A DNA stretch of 44,330 bases from Sandaracinaceae bacterium (lineage in GTDB: Bacteria > Myxococcota_A > Polyangia > Polyangiales > Sandaracinaceae), in the NCBI GenBank assembly GCA_044220955.1, contig JBGAQA010000009.1, positions 39,578 through 83,907 of the forward strand, in the 5' to 3' direction. The notes beneath the pieces were generated by a model. The model was given only the letters and a program-made list of their open reading frames with translations. It made no database searches and was not told the origin of the DNA. The stretch's first letter is position 1. Each line of letters begins with the position of its first letter. The translations under genes were made by a program, and so were the position numbers. Positions 8,810 through 17,065 of this stretch are shown piece after piece.

Positions 8810-10507
8810 GTGCGCCGTCTCGCTCCTGCCATCCTCGCGATCGCGCTGACCGCCTGCGGGGGCGCCGCACGGACGTCCGATCCGTCGCCGGCGTCTCCGG
8901 CGCTGCCGCCGGTCCTGCCTTCGGTCTCGTCGCGGCCCCCACCGACGAGCTTCCCATCGACGGCGGAGCCGGCGCGCCCGCGGATCGTGGTCACGCTCGT
9001 CTACGATCAGCTCGCGAGCTGGGTGCTGCAGCGGCACCGCGACCGGCTCGACCCGCAAGGGGCCCTGCGCCGGACCATGGCCCGAGGCACGTACTTGCAT
9101 CGCGTCGCCTACGACTACGCGGGCACGTACACGGCGCCGGGCCACGCCGCCATCTACACGGGTGCCGCGCCCTGGCAGAGCGGGATCCCGTCGAACCGCG
9201 TCTGGGATCGCGCTCGCCGCTTCCGAGCGTCGGCGATGGACGACGGCGTGCACCCGCTCCTCGGGCGCCCCAGCGTGTTCGCGAGCCCGGCGCGCTTGAC
9301 CGCCGAGTCGGTGGCCGACGTCCTCGAGCGCGAGTCGGGCGGGAACGCGCTCACCGTCTCGCTCGCGATGAAGGATCGGAGCGCCGTGCTCCCCGGCGGG
9401 CAGCACCCCGACGCGTGCCTGTGGCTCGACCCGCGCGCGGGCGGCTTCACCACCTCGACCTACTACGCGAGCGAGCTGCCGCCCTGGGTCCGGGCTTGGC
9501 AGGCCGAGCACACGCTCGCCTCGACCATGCACGTGTGGGAGCCGGAGGATCCGGACGCGCTCGCCTCGCTCGGACCCGACGGCGCGACCGGCGAGGGCGC
9601 GTACGGCTGGGGCGCGACGTTCCCGCACGACCCCGCTGCGCCTGCGTCGATCGGCGAGCCCGACGCGTACCTGTCGACCCCCGCATCGACGGCGCACCTG
9701 CTCGCGTTCGCTCGCGAGGCCGTCCGCGCGCTCGGGGTGGGCGCCGACGCGCAGCCGGACCTGCTCGCGATCTCCATCGCCACGACCGACTACATCGGGC
9801 ACGCGTTCGGCCCCGAGAGCTGGGAGTACGTGGACGGTCTCGTGCGTGTCGATCGAGAGGCGGGCGCTCTCCTCGAGGAGCTGGAGCGCGAGCACGGCGA
9901 GCTCGCGGTGTTGATCACCGCCGACCACGGCGTGGCGCCGCTCGTCGAGCGCGCCCGGGAGCGCGGCCACGCGGGCGCGGTCCGCTGGACCAGCGAGCAC
10001 GAGCTCGAGCTGCTGCGGAGCCACCTCGACGCCACGCTCGGTCCCGGCACCTGGGTCGATGGTTGGGTGCAGCCCTACGTCTACCTGACCGACGGGCCCG
10101 GCCGCGAGCGCGCGCGGGCGGCGGCGCTCGCCTGGCTCGCCGCGCGCCCCGGGATCGATCGCGCGGTCGACACGCGCCAGGCCGAGGCGCTGCGAGCGAG
10201 CACCGATCCGATCGACGCGCTGACCGGGCGCAGCCTGCCTTCGCCCCCGCCCGGGGAGATCTACGTCGTCCCGAGCGAGTGGTCGGTGGCCGAGGAGGAG
10301 CTCGAGAGCGAGTCGGGCACCTCACACGGCTCTCCCTGGCTCTACGACCGCGAGGTCCCCGTCTTGTTCTCGGGCCCCGGCGTGGCGCACACCGAGGTGG
10401 ACGAGGACGGGATCTCTCAGGCCCGCATCGCGACGACGATCGCGCGACTGCTCGGCGTCGCCGCTCCTGCGCTGGCTGATCCGGCACCGCTTCCGGGCGC
10501 GCCCTGA
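8810..10507 (+). CDS. Alkaline phosphatase superfamily lipoprotein, PafA-like (Thr nucleophile)
   Basis: Lipobox LTA|C; motifs YDQL, TAPGHA, KDRSA, DYIGHAFGP, TADHG, GTSHGSP. Confidence 0.88.
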   Translation: MRRLAPAILAIALTACGGAARTSDPSPASPALPPVLPSVSSRPPPTSFPSTAEPARPRIVVTLVYDQLASWVLQRHRDRLDPQGALRRTMARGTYLHRVAYDYAGTYTAPGHAAIYTGAAPWQSGIPSNRVWDRARRFRASAMDDGVHPLLGRPSVFASPARLTAESVADVLERESGGNALTVSLAMKDRSAVLPGGQHPDACLWLDPRAGGFTTSTYYASELPPWVRAWQAEHTLASTMHVWEPEDPDALASLGPDGATGEGAYGWGATFPHDPAAPASIGEPDAYLSTPASTAHLLAFAREAVRALGVGADAQPDLLAISIATTDYIGHAFGPESWEYVDGLVRVDREAGALLEELEREHGELAVLITADHGVAPLVERARERGHAGAVRWTSEHELELLRSHLDATLGPGTWVDGWVQPYVYLTDGPGRERARAAALAWLAARPGIDRAVDTRQAEALRASTDPIDALTGRSLPSPPPGEIYVVPSEWSVAEEELESESGTSHGSPWLYDREVPVLFSGPGVAHTEVDEDGISQARIATTIARLLGVAAPALADPAPLPGAP

Positions 10508-10516
10508 TCGACCCCG

Positions 10517-10535
10517 GCGTCCGCGCGGCGGACGC
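10517..10535. terminator. Hairpin between convergent genes
   Basis: GCGTCCGC-GCG-GCGGACGC, 8-bp stem; no U tract. Confidence 0.4.
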
Positions 10536-10577
10536 GCCACGACCGCGTCGGTCCAGCTTCGCTGGGCACTGCGCCGG

Positions 10578-11720
10578 TCAGCTCAGCCCGCCCGCGGTGC
10601 CCAGCTCGGGCGTGGGCGCGGCGGGCGGCGACGCGACCGACATGCCCTCCGGCGGCTGTGCTTCGGGCGGCATGTCGCCGGTGAGCGCGCCGAGGAAGGC
10701 GACGATCAGGCGGACCTGCTCGTCCGTGAGGTCGCGCCCGAGCTGGAACGCGCCCATCGTCCGCACCGCGTCGGCGAGCGTGGCGGCCGACCCGTCGTGG
10801 AAGTAGGGCGCCGTGAGCGCGACGTTGCGGAGCGTCGGGACCTTGAAGCGATGCCGGTCGGCTTCGTCGTGGGTGACGTTGAAGCGCCCGTCGTCCGCCG
10901 CCGTGAGCGGGCGACCCACCTGGGCGAACCAGTCGCGCACGAGGCCCATGCGCTGGTACATCGTGCCGCCGACGTTCGGGCCCGTGTGGCAGCCGGTGCA
11001 GCCGACGCTGGTGAAGAGCGCGTAGCCGCGCCGCTCGTCTTCGGTCATCGCGCTCGCGTCGCCTCCGACGAAGCGATCGAAGCGCCCGGGCGTGACGAGC
11101 TGGCGCTCGTACTCGGCGATCGCGTGCGTCACCCGCTCCTGCGTGACGGGTCCTCCGGGGGTCGGTACGCCGGCCCGATCGTCCTCGGGGAAGCGGGCGG
11201 CGTCCGAGTAGAGCGCCGCGAACGCGGCGACGTACGTCGGATCCGCGTTGAGGGCCGCGACCACGGCGTCCCAGCTCGCCCCCATCTCGAGCGGGTTCGC
11301 GACGGGCCCCGCCGCTTGTGCCTCGAGCGTCTCCGCGCGTCCGTCCCAGAACTGCACGAAGTTGTTCGCGGCGTTCAGCACGGTCGGGGCGTTGATCGGT
11401 CCGAGCTGTCCGTGGATGCCGGTCGAGACCCGGCGGGGCTCCGCTCCGCCGCTGCCCGGGTCGTGACAGCTCGCGCAGTTCAGCGTCCCGTCGCCGGAGA
11501 GGCGCGTCTCGAAGAAGAGCCGCCGCCCCAGCGCGGCCTGTGCCGCGTCGAAGTGCGCCGGACCCAGCGCAGAGAGGCCACCGATCGCGCTCGCGGGCGC
11601 GGGATCGGGGATGGCGCTCGGCGCAGGCGTCACCGACGTCGGTGGGGCCGGCGTGTCGCTCGAGGATCCGCAACCCGTGGCCAGGGCGAGCACCACCCAC
11701 AACAGACGTCGCTTCATCAC
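10578..11720 (-). CDS. Bacterial diheme cytochrome c peroxidase, lipoprotein
   Basis: CASCH and CTGCH heme motifs; INAPTVLN, QFWDGRA, FKVPTLRNV..TAPYFHDG, VRTMG..QLG; lipobox ATG|C; SD GGAGGAGG. Confidence 0.92.
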   Translation of the reverse strand: MMKRRLLWVVLALATGCGSSSDTPAPPTSVTPAPSAIPDPAPASAIGGLSALGPAHFDAAQAALGRRLFFETRLSGDGTLNCASCHDPGSGGAEPRRVSTGIHGQLGPINAPTVLNAANNFVQFWDGRAETLEAQAAGPVANPLEMGASWDAVVAALNADPTYVAAFAALYSDAARFPEDDRAGVPTPGGPVTQERVTHAIAEYERQLVTPGRFDRFVGGDASAMTEDERRGYALFTSVGCTGCHTGPNVGGTMYQRMGLVRDWFAQVGRPLTAADDGRFNVTHDEADRHRFKVPTLRNVALTAPYFHDGSAATLADAVRTMGAFQLGRDLTDEQVRLIVAFLGALTGDMPPEAQPPEGMSVASPPAAPTPELGTAGGLS

Positions 11721-11812
11721 CGTCCTCCTCCCCGTGTCGTAGCGCGAGCGAGGTCCTCTCGGCCAATACCGCGTGACGAACGTGGCGATAGGCGGGCGCT
11801 ATCGCCCGTGTT

Positions 11813-13042
11813 TCACGCGTCGATTCGCCGCACGAGCAACGACGTGTTCACGCCGCCGAAGGCGAAGTTGTTGGTCATGATCAGGCGCGGCTTGGCGTCC
11901 GTGGTCCTGCGCACGTAGCCGAGCTTGCCGCAGCGCGGGTCGACCTCGTCGAGGTTGCGGTTCGCGGCGAGGAAGCCGCCGTGCATCATCAGGATCGAGT
12001 ACACGAGCTCGATCGCCCCGCACGCTCCGAGCGTGTGGCCGGTGTAGCTCTTCTGCGTGCTCGCCGGGATCTCGCGGCCGAAGACCGCGTACGTGGCGTT
12101 GGACTCCGCGATGTCGCCGATCTCGGTGGCGGTGCCGTGCATGTTCACGTAGTCGACGTCGCTCGGGCGCACCTTGCCGCTCTCGAGGGCGAGGTCCATC
12201 GCGCCGCGCATGCCGCTCTCGCTCGGCGCGGTGATGTGCAGGCCGTCGCAGTTCGTTCCGTAGGCGACGATCTCGGCGAGGATCTTCGCGCCGCGCGCCC
12301 TCGCGTGCTCGTAGTCCTCGAGGACGACCGATCCGGCCCCTTCGCCGATCACGAGCCCGTCGCGCTTGACGTCGAAGGGTCGCGGGGCGCGCTCGGGAGT
12401 GCCGTTGTACCGGATGCTCGTCGCCATCAGGAGGTCGAACGTCACCGCCGTCGCGTAGTGGAGCTCCTCCGCTCCGCCGGCGATCATCACGTCCTGCAGG
12501 CCGTACTTGATCGCCTCGTAGGCGGCGCCGATCGACTGCGAGCCGCTGGTACACGCCGAGATCATCGGGACCACACGGCCCTTCACTCCGAAGCTCGAGG
12601 CGAGGTTCGCGGCGCACGTGTGGGTCATGAACTTCAGATACGACGAGCTGTCGAGCCCGCGCATCGTGTGCTGCGTGAAGAGAGGCCCGCAGAACTCCTC
12701 GAGGGCAGCCGAGCTGCCCGTGGTGGAGCCGAACGCGATGCCGGTGCGCGTGTTCTGCAGCTGGGCCTCCTCGAGGCCCGCCTGCGCGAGCGCCTGCTCG
12801 GAGGCGTGCAGCGCCAGCAGCCCCACCAGGCCCATCGTGCGGCGCCGGCGCCGAGGATAGTGCGCGAAGAGGTCGATGCCGCTCACCGGCCCGCCGATGC
12901 GCGTCTGCAGATCGGGGATGTTCGACCACTCGGGCATCGCGCGGATGCCGCTGCGCATGGCGCGGAGCGCCGCCTCGTTCGCGTCCCTGCCGATGCCGAT
13001 CGGCGAGACCACCCCCGTACCGGTGACGACGACGCGCCTCAC
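11813..13042 (-). CDS. Beta-ketoacyl-ACP synthase (FabF-like; resembles aryl-polyene ApeR-type KS)
   Basis: RRVVVTG; ACTSG (Cys), HGTAT and KSYTGHTLG (His pair); NNFAFGG; start overlaps ACP stop (GTGA). Confidence 0.92.
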   Translation of the reverse strand: MRRVVVTGTGVVSPIGIGRDANEAALRAMRSGIRAMPEWSNIPDLQTRIGGPVSGIDLFAHYPRRRRRTMGLVGLLALHASEQALAQAGLEEAQLQNTRTGIAFGSTTGSSAALEEFCGPLFTQHTMRGLDSSSYLKFMTHTCAANLASSFGVKGRVVPMISACTSGSQSIGAAYEAIKYGLQDVMIAGGAEELHYATAVTFDLLMATSIRYNGTPERAPRPFDVKRDGLVIGEGAGSVVLEDYEHARARGAKILAEIVAYGTNCDGLHITAPSESGMRGAMDLALESGKVRPSDVDYVNMHGTATEIGDIAESNATYAVFGREIPASTQKSYTGHTLGACGAIELVYSILMMHGGFLAANRNLDEVDPRCGKLGYVRRTTDAKPRLIMTNNFAFGGVNTSLLVRRIDA

Positions 13043-13368
13043 TGCTTGCCGGGATCTCCGCTCGCGGGGGGCGGCACCGCGCTCGGCTCGGGAACGCCGG
13101 CGTTCGTCTTGTCGATCTCGGCGAAGACGAAGTCGATGAGCTCGTCGACGGTGCGGACCTTGCGCGCGTCGGCCGGATCGGGGCGGCGACCGGTGAGCTC
13201 GCGGAGCTGCGTGAAGATGTCGATCGCGTCGATCGAGTCGAGGTCGAGCTCCTCGTAGAGCGTCGAGCTCGGTGTGATCTTCTTCGGGTCGAGCTCGAAG
13301 CTGTCTGCGAGGATCTCCACGATCGTCGAGAGCGCTTCCTCGCGGCTGGGCTTGGGGATCTGGGCCAC
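13039..13368 (-). CDS. Acyl carrier protein (resembles aryl-polyene ApeF-type ACP)
   Basis: LYEELDLDSIDAID phosphopantetheine Ser motif and RTVDELIDFV; Pro-rich tail; GTG start with GAGGA upstream. Confidence 0.92.
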   Translation of the reverse strand: MAQIPKPSREEALSTIVEILADSFELDPKKITPSSTLYEELDLDSIDAIDIFTQLRELTGRRPDPADARKVRTVDELIDFVFAEIDKTNAGVPEPSAVPPPASGDPGKQ

Positions 13369-13424
13369 TGTTCTTCCTCGTCGGAGCGCGCCTTTATCCG
13401 ATCCGTGGCCCTCGGGCCAGCCAC

Positions 13425-15020
13425 TCAGGCCAGCGAAACGGGCCCCGTGAACTTGTGGAGCTCGAGCTTCTCGCTCTCTCCCTCACCGAGGATGCGCTTG
13501 GCCTCCGTGAGGCAGAAGTTGAAGATCTCCTCGGTGCGCTGGTTCACGGCGCCCTTCTTGCGCTCCGCTCCGATCTCCTTCTGGAAGTAGAGCAGATCCG
13601 TGCCGTCGTTGTACTGGCCGAGGTTCGCACGGTGGTACTGGTCCTTCGCCTCGAGCTCGGTCACGAGCCTCTGGAAGAGCCCGGAGAAGTTCTCGAGCGC
13701 CTGGAGCACGTACTCCTTGCGGCGCAGCTGTTCGCGCAGCTTGCGCGGATCGAGATGGTGGTCGCGCATGAAGAAATCGACCCAGAGGTTGTAATAGCAG
13801 CTGATGTCGAAGTTCCACTTGAGCCGCATCATCTCGTAGCTGCCGAGCACCGGGTACTGATCGCGATACAGCAACATGGTGGCGTCGAACCGGAACTTCA
13901 TGAATTCGTCGTAGAGCGAGCTGCGCTCGGCCAGCTCTTCTTCCGTGCAGCCACCGAGCTCGCGCACGATCATGTCCGTGATCATGTCGCTCTCGATCGA
14001 GATGTAGTCGGACCCCGGAGAGTAGAAGGGGTCCGAGAACGCCGCAGCCTCGCCGATCATCGCCCAGCGCTCGGGCCCGCCGAAGAACTGCTTGGTTCCG
14101 TAGGCGTATCGAGCGAAGTGACCGACGTCGATGCACCGCGCGTCCTCGAGGAGCGAGGCGACCGCCTTGTGCTGGCGCATGAACTTGAAGAACCCCTCTT
14201 CGCTGCTCATCCAGGGCTCGAACACGGTGCCCACGACCCCGAGCGAGGTGATGCCGCGCGCGATCGGGATGAACCAGATCCAGTAGCCGCGGTAGCAGAA
14301 GTGGTTGGTGGACAGGACGCGCGCGGTGTGACGCGCGCGGCCTTTCCACGCCTCGGCGCCCGGCCACCTCGGCTCCATCAGCGCGTCCATGTCGGTCACG
14401 TTCGTGAAGCGGCCCCAGACCGAGCCGCAGGCGTGGCGCTCGGGTGTGCGGAAGCCGCGCAGCTTGCTGATCAGCTGGTTGCGGCCGCTGGCGTCGATGA
14501 TCCAGCGCGCGCGGTACCGCTCGACCGTACCGTCGGGCTGGTGGACCTCGAACGCGTGGCGATGACTCCTCGCGTCGTCGGTCCCGCTCTTGAGGTCGAG
14601 GTTCTTGATCGTCCCGCCGATCGACACCTCGACGCCGGCCATGCGGTTCATCTCGAGCAGATCGCGCTCGAAGCGCGCGCGGTCGATCTGGAACGTCGGG
14701 AACATCGGGAGGCGGTCGCTGCCGACCTCGCTCATGTCGAAGAACGACGCGTTCTTCTCCTTCGTGTCGAAGAAGAAGCGCAGGCCGTTCTTGGGCAGCT
14801 GCTCGTCGACCATGTACGTCGAGAGCCCGAGCTTGCGGATGAAGAAGTTCGAGGCGATCTCGACCGACGACTCGCCGACCTTGTAGCCGCGCTCGACGTC
14901 TTTCTCGAAGAGACCGATCGACACGTCCGGCAGGCGCAGCCGCAGCTGCCGCGCCACCAGGTTGCCGGCCAGGCCGCCGCCGAGGATCGCGATGTCGAGC
15001 TTCTTCGCTTCGTTCGTCAT
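13425..15020 (-). CDS. Flavin-dependent halogenase-like oxidoreductase 1
   Basis: GGGLAG FAD motif, KVGES, KNGLRF, FQIDR, DASGR, WIWFIP (WxWxIP), GEAAAFSDPFYSPG. Start ATG 15020 or GTG 15026. Confidence 0.82.
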   Translation of the reverse strand: MTNEAKKLDIAILGGGLAGNLVARQLRLRLPDVSIGLFEKDVERGYKVGESSVEIASNFFIRKLGLSTYMVDEQLPKNGLRFFFDTKEKNASFFDMSEVGSDRLPMFPTFQIDRARFERDLLEMNRMAGVEVSIGGTIKNLDLKSGTDDARSHRHAFEVHQPDGTVERYRARWIIDASGRNQLISKLRGFRTPERHACGSVWGRFTNVTDMDALMEPRWPGAEAWKGRARHTARVLSTNHFCYRGYWIWFIPIARGITSLGVVGTVFEPWMSSEEGFFKFMRQHKAVASLLEDARCIDVGHFARYAYGTKQFFGGPERWAMIGEAAAFSDPFYSPGSDYISIESDMITDMIVRELGGCTEEELAERSSLYDEFMKFRFDATMLLYRDQYPVLGSYEMMRLKWNFDISCYYNLWVDFFMRDHHLDPRKLREQLRRKEYVLQALENFSGLFQRLVTELEAKDQYHRANLGQYNDGTDLLYFQKEIGAERKKGAVNQRTEEIFNFCLTEAKRILGEGESEKLELHKFTGPVSLA

Positions 15021-15041
15021 GCCCACGCGCCGGGCGGCGTT

Positions 15042-15058
15042 CGCAAGCCGCGTTCCAG
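15042..15058 (-). promoter_or_regulatory. sigma54 (-24/-12) promoter for the halogenase1-ACP-KS unit
   Basis: Minus strand CTGGAACGCGGCTTGCG versus consensus YTGGCACGNNNNTTGCW, with exact GG-N10-GC spacing. Confidence 0.65.
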
Positions 15059-15241
15059 CCCTTCGCGGCGGAGATTAGGCCCAAACGCGCGGAGATCCAG
15101 TGCAGCCAGCGCGCCACAGGGCGTGACCTCACGTTCTCGATCGCGCGCCATGATTGCCCCGAGATCGAGTGCGCCAACGATTCGCGCGGAGCGTGCGGCA
15201 GGCGCAGGCGGCGGGTATGTTCGGGGACGGGGTTCGATCGG

Positions 15242-17050
15242 ATGAAGAGCTACGACGTCGTCATCACCGGAGGGGGCCTCGCCGGGCTCACGTGCGCGAT
15301 CTACCTGCGGCGGCAGCTACCCGCGATCTCGATCGCGGTGGTCGAGCCCTCGCGCCGTCCGCTGCCGGACGCCTGCTTCAAGGTCGGCGAGTCGTCGGTC
15401 GAGATCGGCGCCGGCTGGTTCGAGAACGATCGCTGGTGCGGCCTGCGGAAGTACCTCGACGAGCACCAGCTGCGGAAGAACGGCCTGCGCTACTTCTCGG
15501 GCGACACGCAGGGCCCGCTCGCCGCGCGGCGCGAGATCGGTCCGAGCGAGCAGCCGGTCGTGCCGGCGTTCCAGCTCGACCGAGGCAAGCTCGAGAACGA
15601 CCTGCGGGCGATGGTCGAGCGAGCGAACGTCGACCTCTACGAAGGCTGGAGCGCGTACGGGATCGAGCTGGGCGCCGGGGACCAGCGCCACGTCGTGAAG
15701 ATCGCGACCGAGGGCGAGAAGGAGGAGCTCGACACGCGCTGGCTGCTCGACGCCTCCGGTCGTCGGCGCCTCGTCCAGAAGAAGCTGGGCCTCACGCGCG
15801 ACAGCGACCACACGCACTCCTCGTCGTGGTTCCGCATCGCGCGCCGCTTCGACGTGAGCCAGCTCGTCCCGGCGTCCGAGACCGCCTGGCACGCGCGCGA
15901 CGTCGACAAGAACCGCTGGCTCTCGACGGTCCACCTCATGGGCAAGGGCTACTGGGTCTGGCTGATCCCGCTCTCGAGCGGGCTGCACTCGGTCGGCATC
16001 GTCGCGGGCGGCGAGCACCACCCGATCGACACGTTCGCGCGCCCCGAGACCGCGATGGCGTGGATCGCGAAGCACGAGCCCGTCCTGCACGCGAAGCTGA
16101 AGGACGAGAAGATCGAGGACTTCAAGTTCCTCCGGCACTACGCCTACACGAGCGCGCAGGTGTTCTCGGCCGATCGATGGGCGTGCATCGGCGAGGCCGG
16201 CGTGTTCGTCGATCCGCTCTACTCGCCGGGGAGCGATCTCATCGCGCTCGCGAGCGTGCTCTCGGTCGAGCTCGTGAAGGCGGATCTCTCGGGCGAGGCG
16301 CTCCCCGAGCGCGTGCGCGAGTACAACGAGTTCTTCCTCGGCTTCACCGAGGTCACCACGACCACCTTCCGGCGGCACAGCCACATCAACGGCGCTCCGG
16401 CCGCGCTCGCGGCGAAGCTCTACTGGGACAACTTCCACTACTGGTCGTTCGTCTGTCAGTACTTCTTCCAGCGCCTCTACCGCTTGCCGCCCGCCGAGCA
16501 CGCGCGCTTCCGCGAGCTGCACCGGAAATTCGCGGCGCTCAACGTGCGTGCGCAGAAGGTCCTGAAGGCCTGGGCCGCGATCGAGCCAGCGGACCAGCCA
16601 GGACGGGTGTGGGGCGACTTCGTGCCGCTGCCCCAGTTCCCCTCGCTGCTCGCGGATCTGCACCTCGACCTCGGGAACGAGCGCGACGCGGACGCGACCT
16701 ACGCCGTGATGACGAAGAACCTCGCCGGCGCCGAGGAGGTCGTGGCGGAGCTCGTGCTGCGCGCGCTCAAGGCCGTCGGCCCCAAGGGTCTGATCGCGCT
16801 CGCCGAGGCGACGGGCTTTCCGGAGTGGGGCCTGACGATCGATCCGATGCGCTTCGTCTACGACGAGGCCAGCGATCGCTCGGCGCTCCGCAAGCAGCTG
16901 CCGCGGATCGCGCGGGACATGGAGCGCTGCCTCGGCAAGTGCGAGAACGACGGCAGCACGCCGACGATGCGCGAGCTCTATCGCCTCTCGATGCTCACCG
17001 GCGGTGAGGCCGGAGCGACGCTCGACCTGCGACCCCAGCGCGGCCAGTGA
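15242..17050 (+). CDS. Flavin-dependent halogenase-like oxidoreductase 2 (paralogue of 13425-15020)
   Basis: GGGLAG, KVGES, KNGLRY, FQLDR, DASGR, WVWLIP, GEAGVFVDPLYSPG; longer C-terminus. Confidence 0.82.
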   Translation: MKSYDVVITGGGLAGLTCAIYLRRQLPAISIAVVEPSRRPLPDACFKVGESSVEIGAGWFENDRWCGLRKYLDEHQLRKNGLRYFSGDTQGPLAARREIGPSEQPVVPAFQLDRGKLENDLRAMVERANVDLYEGWSAYGIELGAGDQRHVVKIATEGEKEELDTRWLLDASGRRRLVQKKLGLTRDSDHTHSSSWFRIARRFDVSQLVPASETAWHARDVDKNRWLSTVHLMGKGYWVWLIPLSSGLHSVGIVAGGEHHPIDTFARPETAMAWIAKHEPVLHAKLKDEKIEDFKFLRHYAYTSAQVFSADRWACIGEAGVFVDPLYSPGSDLIALASVLSVELVKADLSGEALPERVREYNEFFLGFTEVTTTTFRRHSHINGAPAALAAKLYWDNFHYWSFVCQYFFQRLYRLPPAEHARFRELHRKFAALNVRAQKVLKAWAAIEPADQPGRVWGDFVPLPQFPSLLADLHLDLGNERDADATYAVMTKNLAGAEEVVAELVLRALKAVGPKGLIALAEATGFPEWGLTIDPMRFVYDEASDRSALRKQLPRIARDMERCLGKCENDGSTPTMRELYRLSMLTGGEAGATLDLRPQRGQ

Positions 17051-17065
17051 CCCGGCGCGGCCGGC

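Noticed and set aside
10578..11720. MauG/BthA/MbnH-type tailoring peroxidase
   Set aside because: Retains the canonical Ccp C-terminal Met segment (VRTMG..QLG) and normal size; no mau or mbn neighbours.
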